Assembly (NCBI RefSeq): GCF_006345805.1
Contig: NC_043006.1
Coordinates: 61,566,001 to 61,630,000 of the forward strand
DNA length: 64,000 bases
Source: Octopus sinensis
Lineage: Eukaryota
Reading direction: 5' to 3'
This document shows positions 52,210 to 64,000 of this stretch, one piece after another. The number at the start of each line of letters is the position of its first letter. The stretch's first letter is position 1. The notes below the pieces were generated by a model. It was not told the origin of the DNA and did no database searches. It saw nothing but the letters and a program-made list of their open reading frames with translations. Position numbers and translations under genes: made by a program.

Positions 52210-53017
52210 ACTGTGTCTCCGTTTGTGTGCACGTTTGTGTGTGTCTGTGTATAGGTATGTGTGATTATATATGTTCATCTGTTACGTATGGATGTGTGTC
52301 TCCATATGTGTCCTTGTGTGAAATGTACGTGTGTATATGGTCATGTGTTTCAGTCTTCATTTGTATGTATGCGTTATGTTTGTATGTATGTATGTGCATG
52401 TATGTATGTACATATATACATACAAATGCAGTATGACACACATGACCATATGCACACACGCACAATTCACACAAGGAGACACACATCGATAAATATCAAA
52501 CGTACATACATAATCACACAAACCCATAAGCAGTAAACACACAAATATGCACACAAAAAAAGAGGTACACACACAAATACAGAGACACACACACACAAAC
52601 ACACACCCAAATACACACGCTAACATGAACACACAAGCACATGGATATGCATACACACATCCATGCACAAACACACACACATACATGCAGAGTATATATA
52701 CATACAACCGTGTACGCATAAATACTTATATATGCATGCACACACATGCATACATACACACATGCATACATATGTATATGCACACACACGCTGACGAGCA
52801 CGCATACGCACAAAAAAAGTAAAAAGCCCAAAAAGAACGCAGTTCTGATAACGAACACTGTCAACGACTGTTGAAAAGTAAACGTATGAAAATAGGACAA
52901 GTGAGTGTGTTAAATCAATAGGGCACTAAAAGTAAATGTATCTCTCCATATATACATGCATATATGTATGTATATATACATCCATCCATCCATCCATCCA
53001 TCCATCCATACATACAT

Positions 53018-53070
<53 letters not shown>

Positions 53071-53195
53071 GAAAATAAGCAACACGATATCGTGTTGTTT
53101 CTTTTGATTTTATTCACCTTTGAGGTGTACGGATAATAACGCCCGGGTCTGGTACTTCAAATTATGTACCTAATTCTACTGAATATCAATTATTT

Positions 53196-53271
<76 letters not shown>

Positions 53272-53379
53272 AGATGGGCTCACTTTAATGTACTCCATCG
53301 AGCAAGAATCTATGAAAAAGACTCATCACAAAATTTGAAAAATAGCATAATTTGGAATAAAGAAAGATAAGCTTGAATT

Positions 53380-53740
53380 TTAGCACATATTTTATTATAA
53401 AATAACAGCGAGTACATTGTGAATCAGAGTTAGGATAAGAAAGTTTAATTAATTTTTTTTTTGAATTCTTAAAACAAATTTTTACTATATTACATCAACA
53501 TTGCAGATGGTTTTCATTTTGTTGTTCTTGAACTTGATTCTTCAGTCCCGCATCAGTAATTTCATAGGTCTTGTTTTTCTATTGTTGTTGAGTCTCCATG
53601 TCGAAAGTGTGCAATTATTGTCTGACTTAATCCTTCCACAGCTTTAAGGGTAGTGCACAGTTTCGACAAATTTGAATGTGTGGATGTTAGTGATGAGCGC
53701 AAAGGATTGTGGAATCCTTCTAAAGAATTATTTGATTTTA
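53380..53740 (-). mobile_element. MULE-like DNA transposase C-terminal remnant
   Basis: SNNSLEGFHNPLRSSLTSTHSNLSKLCTTLK resembles the TNN..E..H..L......HPN.W...LK.E motif of MULE-type transposases. Confidence 0.55.
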
Positions 53741-53777
53741 GAAAGTATATATATTTGATCTTGTCAAGTATACATAC

Positions 53778-53848
<71 letters not shown>

Positions 53849-55089
53849 AGAACGCAAAGCATCTAAACAGTTTTGAGATACAAAAAAGAAACAACAAAAT
53901 ATCCATACAGACGATACAAGGAAAATAAGGGCAGGTCCGTCGGAGTTTTCTATCCTCAGTCGAGTTCCAGATTATCTTTCCAATTTCGGCTGGTTATATT
54001 CGAGATTGCTCGACTAAGGACGAATTTAATTTAGCTGGCATGTATGGAAGTAAAGCTTTACGGCAGGGACATGTGATTTAACATGCACAGAGAGGAATAT
54101 AGATTTTGCACTGATGGTAGTCAAACCAAGAAAGAAAGGTCAGGCCTGGCCGAACACCAGTCACAGCGGGAGAGAAGAAACGGAGGTAGAGGCAGAGGGA
54201 TAGAAGAATGAAGGAGGGGTGAGGGAAAATGAAAGAGACACAATGAAGTGAAAGAGGAGAGAAAGTGAGCTTGAAGAGAAGGCCAGGAAATGTGAGAGAG
54301 GGGGAACGAAATCATGAAGATTGGAATGAAGGAAGAGTGAAAGTGCTGATAGAAAGAAGGACAAAATGAAAGAATTCAAATTTATGTATATACATACGCA
54401 TATGTGTGTGTGTATGTGTGCGTGTGGGTTAAGAAAAAAGTCGTTAGAATATTGGAAAAAATATCTTTTTATTTCTTTATTATCATCAGCGCTCTTGTTC
54501 CTTTCTCGAACTTATCAAATAATATTTTGTGACTGTACAAACAGGTTGTTAATTTATGCATATAATTTTTGTTAAATTTTTCAAATTTTCAAAATTTAAA
54601 AAAATATATTTGTAATTGATATATTTTTATTATATTTATATAATATTATTATATTTTATTCATATTCTTATTTTTCTATTTAATATGATTTATAATATTT
54701 AGTTTTAACTTTGATCCGTTAATAATAATAACAATAACATAAATAGCCTGAGGACGCACTGGTGGATTTATGTATTAGGTATAGGTATGATAAACACCCC
54801 TCCAGCGCAGAATTATGTGTAGCTTCGATAAAAAAATATCTTCTTTCGCCACAGACTAATAACAGGTAAGTTATATATATTTTTTCAAATATTAAAAAAA
54901 ATAATGTTATTCTATTTTATATAGGTTTTTAAATGCTTATATTATTTTATTAGATATAACTTTCTATGTGTATTCCATACAATAAGGCTATCCTGAAATA
55001 GGAGGTGAGGTTTTATTGGTAAAATCACAAATTTGTAATAATACACACGCACACACACAAACATACATATATATATATATTTATATATT

Positions 55090-55253
55090 ACGAAGGGCTC
55101 CTTTCAGTTTCCATCTACCGAATCCACTCACAAAGCTTTGTTCTACCCGAAGTTAGAGTAGAAGTCACTGGCCCAAGGTTCCAAGCAGTGGGACTAAACC
55201 TGGAACCTTTTAGATGGAATGCAAGCTTCTTACCACACAACGACTCCTGCGCC
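55090..55253 (-). mobile_element. Partial tRNA-derived SINE (family of 2910-3332)
   Basis: Aligns by eye with 3170-3332. Confidence 0.75.
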
Positions 55254-57573
55254 TGTAAATATGTTCAAATACGCGAGAAATTTCATTGTTGCTTTGTGAA
55301 TTTCTGAGGTTTAAAAGAAAACACCGGTACTCATTATTTTACTTTAGAGATTAACGTTATCTGTGTAGCTGGTTACATCTTTGTTTAGATTTTGTATAAA
55401 CAAGAAGGAAATTAATGCATCATGAATACACTTGAGTCTCATTTCAACGAATGTTTTTTGCTTTCACTTTTGTTTTACACGGTTCTTTGACATCTTTCTA
55501 TTCTACACACCAAGCATTTTAGTTTTGGAACAATTAGTATAATTTTACAAAGGAATTCCCACACACAGTGACACACATATAACAGTTATAAGCGTAAATA
55601 TTTGCAATTTTTATCACATCTGCTTTTGATATCGTTTTTTTAATGCTTTTATTTATTACCCGCAAATATTCATCTCATCTACACACATTTTGTTTCTATT
55701 TCTCTCGCGTTTATTATAATTTTCAGAACAGTATTGTGATATTTTCTGTCACCCATGATTTTTCCAAAAAATCTGACAGTTTTCTCTTTTCTCGCCTTGC
55801 GAATCTATTAAAATCTGTACATATATTCCCGCGTTTATTTTATTTTATTTTGAAATATACTTCTAATTCATATCACTCAATCTCATTTGTTTTACATTAA
55901 ATTATTCATAGCACATATATGGAAACATTCAAATAAGAACCATCATCCTATTGTTGTACGTAACCGTGTAATCTATCAAAAAAGATATTGCTTGAGAACC
56001 AAATACTTTTCAATATAGAGTATCTGAAAAGCAAATCAAATCCATTATTGTTCTTTCGTCATCCCTTTAAGACGTTCATGTATGTTTTCCTTGACATTTG
56101 ATTGATTATATGTCCATTATTTCCTCCAAAGGCATCCTTCAACTTGAACAAATTGTTTCAACAATTGTAAATATAATTCATCTTATAGAACTTTGTTGCA
56201 ACATCTAAGATTACTTTTTAAACGTAAATCTATTGAATTGTTTTCTTCTATTTTTTGCAATACATAATAATACATAATAATTTTCACTTGTCACGGTATT
56301 AGAGAATCTTCTATGAAATCTTGTTTGTAATCTGTTATATGAGTGACATATCTTCATTTATCTTTATGAGCGAATGCTAAATATAACTGAATCTACGTGC
56401 AACTTTTTTAAACTACATAATAAAAGCGTACTCCCAATAAACCTTCCTCTTTTCACCTGAGATCGGAAATCGGTATAAATAGCGTTGATATCATTTTACT
56501 ATTTAAAATCCTTATCAAAATTATTGTAAAGTTTGAGAAATTTAAATAATTTGAAAAATTGATAAAAATTTTAATCACTAACAATTTGTTTAAAAATATT
56601 TATCTTCGATATTCCTGTACGGTATGAAATATTTTTGAAATGGTGACAGAGAAAATAAACTTCAGTAGTAAATTATAAATATGTTTAGAAGATAAATGTC
56701 TGCCTCGTGGTGTCTGTACATATATCGCAACTCGAATTGTTTTGCTTTCTATAAACAAATTTAAAACATTTTCACACATGGTGTCTTCATTTTTTCTCAG
56801 CACAAGGTTACCATTTGATATGATCGAGCTATATCAAAAAGCACCGAATGTTAAGAAAATAAAAGAGAATATGTTTACTTTATCTCAAATTTCGTCGATT
56901 TATTGAGATGTAATGACGACTGATTTCCATGCGTGATAAGATGTTTTAAATCATGCTATGAAGTCACATGGACATGATAATTCCATGTGTTGTTCTATAC
57001 ACGAGGTTAGAAATACCTTGTAATCAATACATTGTATAGGTTCAAACATATGCTTGGTTATGTACACTACATGACCGATTTTAATGCCAAAGGATAATCT
57101 ATCACTTTGTATTATATTTTCTTTATCTTAATGCTTTTCTAATGGTATACTATCTCATATACCGAGGGTTAAAAACATTTCCAAAACCCACAGTATCTTC
57201 TGTCAAAAGATGTCTTATTCATAAGTACTTACAAAATATTATACCATTCCTGGTTATCATTTGATTATATTTAAATCATCCTACTCTAGAGCATTAAATG
57301 TAGCAGTGAGTAACTTTATTACAATTTTGAATAAATATCTATCGAAATCGTGTGCAAAATACTTATAAATACAACCATTTTGCTGTAATACATGTTTAAA
57401 TTCTGAAGATATTAAATTCAAGCACGTGTCATTCATCGTGTTCGGTAACAGACAAGTAGTAAATATCAGTAGATTATACAAGCAAATAAGAGAAATGAGC
57501 ACGTTACTCTCTTTCTCTTTTTCTCCATCCTTTTTCCTCTCTCTCACTTTCTTTCTCATTATCTCTCCTAGCA

Positions 57574-57605
<32 letters not shown>

Positions 57606-59094
57606 GTTTTTGTCCTTCATTTCTATCATCCTCATTCTTAGTGTCCCTCACTGAATTACTTTATATATTATTGTATATGCAATATAATAGAGAGATTACA
57701 CTAATAGCATAAATGTATATGTATTAGCGTATTAGCATAAAACCATTTCATGGTACGTTAGAACTAAATTCATCCTTGCATTCAGTTACGTGATATTACA
57801 TTTCCAGTCGTAAAACCCTCTAATATCACAGTAGCATACATAGGGTTTTATAAAATAAACCCCCATCATGTACTGGTTGTATTTAATGTACTCTTCCCTT
57901 CTTCACAGAATTATAGCCCTTCTCTCTATGCAATAAATCATGTTTCTTTTCAAGTTTCAATGTAGAATTTAAACAGATGCTAAGATAAAAATTTCGAAGT
58001 TGTTGCGTTAACAGTTTCAAGAGAGAAATGATGTGCATGTCTAAATGTAAGTGCGTGTTGTGTTAACATTCCATTGAGATTTCTACTGATGAATATAATT
58101 GATGCACTCAAAATCAAATAACCTTCCACCGTAGCCAAATTGTTAAAACTTTCATGTTTTCTCTATAATGCTAGGATATTACCATTTGTAATTAAAACAC
58201 CACCTTAAGTTTTACGAAGCAGTATTTTTTTGGCACATAATTCTTTTAATTGCTAAAGTATGGAAATCAATGTTGACCGTAGCGCTATTGGAACTTCGAA
58301 AGTAAACGTAACAATCCGTCGCAAATGCCCTGTGTTTTATATCTAAGTCGAACGATTCTACCAAACCAGAACCTTCTCATAGCTTAATTAGTGTTGGTGA
58401 AATTACCCTTTGAACATCCTGTTGTAATCTTTCGATTGTATAATGCATGGAAATAGAACTATTTTAGTATAATAAAAGTTTAATCTTCGGATTCATTCAA
58501 CATACACCGAATTCAGCAAACCCGAGAATTAATTAACGTCATAGCATGAACAAAGAGAATATGAGCATGCAATACAAACAGAGATTCTTTCTTTCTCTGC
58601 TGCCCTCTCTCTTCCAATCTATCTCTTTCCCTTCCTTCATTTCTCTCACCCTCCTTTTCTCCTTCGACAGATAAATTGTTTTCCAGTGCAGAAATCTAGA
58701 GGAGCATTTCATCACGTGTTTTCAATTACATTGCAAATTGTATTTGCTTGCATGGACTGTTATTGATTAACATTAAATTACTAGAGAATGCACCAACCTA
58801 ACTCAGTTATATTTACACTTGGCGTTTACATATTAAGACAAAAATTTAGATTTGTTTTTTTCTAGAACAGATTGAATATTTGCCTCTAACATACAAGATT
58901 ATGGTCCAATAAAACAAACTTCTAAATTTATGTATGCATGCTCATTGGTGTATGCACATATATATATAGGTATACATATAGGTATATATATATATACAGA
59001 GGGATAGCTAGAAACCTGTACACAGACTAGCAGACACAAATGTATGTGTGTACATATGTATATACACACACACATACATACATACATACATACA

Positions 59095-59153
<59 letters not shown>

Positions 59154-60539
59154 ATGTATATATATAGGCGCAGGATTTGCTGTTTGCTAAGAAGATTGCT
59201 TCCGAGCCTGCGTCCCCCAGAGTTCATTTGGATTGTCGTTTTTGTGCAAGTCGGATGTGTTATGTGCTGCTATGAGGTTAGAGACAATGTACTCAAACTT
59301 TAACGAGACGGAGTTGTCTTCAGCAGGAGAGGAGATGGTAAGGGCGGTCATAAAGATGGAGTATTGGAGAAGGCAAGGAATCTTGCTGATGCCACGGAGT
59401 AGAAGTGAAGGGAGTTGGACTTGGCTGGTGTGAAGGAATATGAGAAGGGAATACAGATGGTGGGAGGGGCCGTGAGGTTGTCGCACCCTAAAGGAATTAT
59501 GTAGCAGCTGGAGAGTAAAACAATCACCTATAAGGTGTTCTCGTTAAAAGGAAAAAAAGGCCGAGCAGGTGGGAGCTGAAACGGAAAAAGCGCTAAGGGA
59601 GAAGTCGAAAGAAATAATATATGGATAATTTGATAAAATAAAGAAGCTTGCTTCCTGCGCATGCGTTGGTCAGTGTTTTCTTTGCACTGCTAGGAGTCAC
59701 GTCGTTGTACACCAACGTCGTGATTCATTGAACAAGTGAAGCACGACTACCAGGTAAGACATTTGTTTTTTGGGTGAGGATTCAGTGGGGGTTTGTTGCT
59801 CGTGTTTATTTTGTCGAAGAAAAAATCTCCACTGAGTTCCTAGCAAATTGTCTGACTGTAGTTGTGTTCAAAGTTTCACTTAACGGTGGGAAGTGTGTTT
59901 GGGGTTGTATCCCTCCTCCTATAATTATGCTTATTTTTTAACATTTTTTGGTGAAATTCTTGTGTCACTGGTTTGTGCACTTGATTACCCAAAGGATTAC
60001 CGAGATGGCCAGGAGTACCAGAAAGGCCAGAATAGTTTGCTGTGTTTTTGAACTGTTTCTTGTCTTCTTCTTTCCTACCTGCATTTTTTTAACTTTGTGC
60101 ACATTTGTTTTTTGTGAATTTTTCCCCAAAAATGAGCAATAAAGACAGAAACACTGCATTGTAGTGGGGGATTGTCCCAACCAAACAGTGGATAAAAGAC
60201 TTTGAAGAGAGGACAGTGGTGTTAAGCACTTACTCGAAATCGCTCAACACAAACACCCTCTTTCAAAAGACTCAAATTGAAAAAGTGTTGTCAGAGTATT
60301 TGCCAACTATTAAATTCTTCTCCATATATATATATGTGCGTGTGTGTGCGTGCGTGAGTGTATGTGCGGTTTTTCCGAACCAATTTCAGTCGATGCACAT
60401 ATGTATGAGCCTATAGTAGGTGAGGTCACTGTAGCAGCTTTTCTACAGCGTGTGAACTTTCCACTACGTTTACTTCAAATAGATCAATAATCGATAGCTG
60501 CACTTTATTCACATCTTTTGAACCAACAACTTATAGAGC

Positions 60540-61020
60540 ACATTAAAGAGGATCGAAACAATTTTTTCCATTTGTTTCCATATAATTAATTTAGATATGT
60601 TACAGCCAAAACTATATTAGGCCATGTCTAACTTAATTACATCACAAGATCACAAGATAGGATATGTTAAGTAATTTTCAATCCCGTTCCATGGTAGCAT
60701 GGCTCTTTCGTATGATTTGTCTTTACATAATGTTGAATAGGGCAGGGCCTATTGAGGAAAAGAAACTATTGCTGTGGATTTGTTCGTTGTGAGCCTGAAT
60801 TGCATGTAGGTCGAGCCTTGGTTGAATTATAAATCTGATATTAAGGTCGCTTGGGCATTACTGGTTGTATACCCTCCACATTGTGTAAATGATGTAACAT
60901 TCGCCGCGACGTTCGAGAGAATAAAATTTTAATGTTTTAATGTGAACTCAATAATCGAGGTCAGTCATGACTTTTAGATCTTTAGTGATAGCTCTCCGGG
61001 AAAGCACTATTCTCTTAATG
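60540..61020 (-). mobile_element. CR1-like LINE ORF2 3' region, degraded
   Basis: LDY...YSLERR, PRLDLHA, NSFFSSIGPALFNI motifs; similar to 3598-3890. Confidence 0.65.
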
Positions 61021-61814
61021 TTTTCTTTGGTCACGGGAGGCAAATGGGGGTAGCAGTATTCTGTAAAAATAGCTGTCATGGACAAATAAATGGGGTCCAA
61101 CAGGAATGAAAATAAAATTAGAAACAACATTCTAAATTTATACACTGTTAACACATATTAATCATGAGAAACATAAATAAAAATGCATCCGATTTTACTC
61201 GAATCATCATTAATTCTGCGACACCCTGTATTTTCTCGTCCGACAAAATGTGGGAGGGAGCACGGGAACACGAGGTGGAGAACTAATTGCAGGTGGCGAG
61301 CGTAGCTTCCGGGAGTGATCACGCAGTCAATCTCAAATGGCTGTGAGTCACAAAAGCTGGGTTTTTTTTGTATGAAGTTGTTGCATTATATAGTTCAGAC
61401 ATGGATGACATAGAAAGCAGGTATGCTGCAGGGCCATGCAGCGTTGTTCAGGATTGGAAACGTGAAACATCAACGGGACGCTTCTAGAGAATGGTTTGTT
61501 GCGCCTTTACCCAGCTGCACACACACGGACAAGGCTCGGTGGTACGCGAGATGGTAACATGAAGCATCAACAGACCGCCGAATTGGTCAAAAAATGTTTT
61601 CGTGAAATATTATATGCTACTTAAAATTCATAAGAAGTGTCAACATTTTTTCGTCGGAGAATAGCCTAAAACAGATAAAACACAGTGCAGTATACTCAGA
61701 TCTGATTAATTTGCATTTTGAATGTGGGCCCATAGTCGGTATGGGAAATTTGTTTTAGTCAACAGCAATTCGAGGAGCTTGATAAATGCTTTTTGCAAAT
61801 TTGGAGAAAAGCGA

Positions 61815-62043
61815 CTAGATACTCTTCAAATCACGGGCATTAACGCTGTGAACATGCTTAAAATGCGGTTTATCTACCCCTGGGTCCACATTAGGCAAGA
61901 GGTTGAAAATGGTTAGGCACATGGCACTCCATGGACCCGATGCAATACATGTATTAAATTTCATTAAAATCGGTTGGGTGGATCTCGAGTTATAACGATA
62001 CGACAAACACACAAACACACCTCTAATGTTTTATATACACAGA
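61815..62043 (+). mobile_element. Helentron/DINE-like non-autonomous rolling-circle element (tentative)
   Basis: Begins ACTAG; 3' part AAATTTCATTAAAATCGGTT...GAGTTAT...ACAAACACACAAAC...TTTTATATA.A.AGAT is typical of DINE/HINE ends. Confidence 0.45.
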
Positions 62044-62169
62044 TAAAGAGAACAGGGTATAAGCAGTCCTCGGTGGGGTATTTACTGGTGATTTTACTGA
62101 GATTTACCAATCACAACGTTTGTTCTATTCACCAGGTAATAGTATATATTATATTCACCAGGTAATAGT

Positions 62170-63000
62170 ATCAATTTATCATGGATTCCAATATTGGACA
62201 ATTTTAGCAGCAGGATGTCGCAGTCGACAATATGGAACGCTTTTCTGAAGTCAAGATATATATTGACATCACAGTTCGAACTTTATCCGAAAGCTTTTAA
62301 AGCAACATAGATATAATATAAAGCTGGGTTAGGCGTCTATGCCGCAGCGAAAGCCATGCTGGCTGGAAGTTATAAGATTGTTGTTCTTCAGGAAGTCGCT
62401 TATGGTTGGTCTGGTAATACTTTCAAAAACTTCGATTATACGAGAAGTGAGTGATATTGGGCTATACTTAACTGCAAGAAACCTGCTTTCCTGTTTGAAA
62501 ACCGGGATGATGGATTGGGATAAGAACTATTTTGGTATATAGCCCGAGTTTAAAGAATTTAGCTATATCAGTGATTTTTCCGTTCACATCCCTTCCATCA
62601 ATATCTGTAGGATCACTAATGACATGGCAATATTTTCCTGCAGTATTTCCGTAATTTCTTCAGCATTGTGTTGGGGAATACTGCTATTATCAACCAATGG
62701 AGCAACGGGAGAGGCAGCGGTTCTATACTTATTAGCGTATGTATGGAACACTTACGGGTTCTGTTGAATTCTTTTTCCTTTAATTACTCGGTTTCCCTCT
62801 ACAAATCTGTGTGTCACTGTAGATTTTTATCCCGATCTGCAGATGATGTTTTTCCAACTCAAGCTTTCTTACTGCTGTTGAATGCGGATGCTGTTGGTGA
62901 TTTGAATGCAGATGGTATTTGAATTGGTAGATATTTTTAGTGAGTTTTCTCTCGTGGAAGCATTTTCTACTAATACTTTTGAGTTTCATAGGATCGGGTT
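62170..63000 (-). mobile_element. CR1-like LINE reverse-transcriptase region, degraded
   Basis: IIPVFKQ..YSPISLTSRIIEVFES..QHGFR..IYLDFRKAFHIVD..LLLKLSNIGIHDKL. Confidence 0.8.
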
Positions 63001-64000
63001 TCGAGTATGTGAAAGTGACAATGTTCTCAAAGACCTGCCATGAAGTAAATCGTTAATAGAATTAATAATTTATTTTAACAATATTTGAAACTTGAATATA
63101 ATATAGTTCTCATGAAGTTTTTTTCTGAAACCTGAAATGATTCCGGAAAAAATGATATATTTCTGCGCCCCTAAACTCAGATTGTTTGTAACCTGTTTAG
63201 TATTTTCAAATTGACCTCTCAACATCAGCATGGAAATGGACGTGTCTGTTATTTCAAGATCTGCCTAATTCCGTCGGAAATTACGTCAAACTTTGATAAA
63301 CAAATGAATTGTAAATTATAGCAATCTATAATTGATTTTATTCTCAGACATGTCCCAATCGACAAATGTAACCAGCAGTCAACTTATGTAAATAGTACGG
63401 CAACATTTAATCGGTTTTCAGAGCTGTACATCTGGGATTATTCATTTAACTGGTGTTGACTGACAGATTGTAATTAATGTAGAAGAGGGCAGATCACTGT
63501 GAGTATAATGTATCGATTGCAGAAAAAGAACAGATGACAAAGGTTATATAGAGCAAAAATTCAATTCAGTACAATGAAGGATTTACACGTCACAAAGATC
63601 ATTAATCGAACGAACGCTAAACAAATACAATTCAAATATGAAAGAAAGGATAAGAAGTTGAAAAAAATAAGAGTAGATAGATTAACGGCTACGCTACAGC
63701 AGAACAGGGTCTTCGTAAATATAATGGGTGTTTATATAAAGAAATGGATAGTAAATGCGGACAATTAAGGTGTTATCGCGAGTAAACAGAACTCACAGGT
63801 ATGTTGACCTACAAATGTCATCATCCCCTCAAATAAATGTATGGCAGTAAAACAATCTAATTCACACAACAGCAATCCCGCTAGTGATATCCATTGTGAT
63901 GTAGAAAATCAATAAAAGCTTAATATTATAGAGCGTTGATACACAGTGTAGATTTATAGCATGTGTTAAGAATTGCATTCACTTGCTTGCTTTAGCGTGA

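Noticed and set aside
55600-58900. Short ORFs in repeat-poor AT-rich DNA
   Set aside because: No recognisable domains or consistent exon structure.

Overview
AT-rich, microsatellite-saturated eukaryotic DNA with no host protein-coding gene that I can support. The repeat content ((TA)n/(AAT)n/(GATA)n arrays, tRNA-derived CORE-type SINEs, R4/Dong-like LINEs) strongly resembles an octopus (coleoid cephalopod) genome; this is inference. Recognisable elements: (1) a ~7.1 kb, apparently young Penelope-like element (Naiad-type RT + GIY-YIG, minus strand) with direct and inverted pseudo-LTRs, each direct pLTR carrying a type I hammerhead ribozyme; (2) many R4/Dong-like restriction-endonuclease (RLE) LINE copies sitting in (AAT)n, one near full length with a 27-28 bp tandem array at its 5' end; (3) a ~5.3 kb Tx1/L1-clade LINE inside (GATA)n; (4) CR1-like, mariner, MULE and Helentron-like remnants and several SINEs. 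The most interesting signals are several distinct hammerhead-bearing non-coding elements, including a head-to-head pair of tRNA-headed (Pol III box) elements of which one arm ends in a minimal hammerhead (candidate Penelope-mobilised SINE/retrozyme), a foldback element with two outward-facing hammerheads, and an apparent partitioning of microsatellite types between retroelement classes. Most ORFs in the supplied track are microsatellite artefacts or antisense to transposon ORFs. All coordinates and folds were read by eye.
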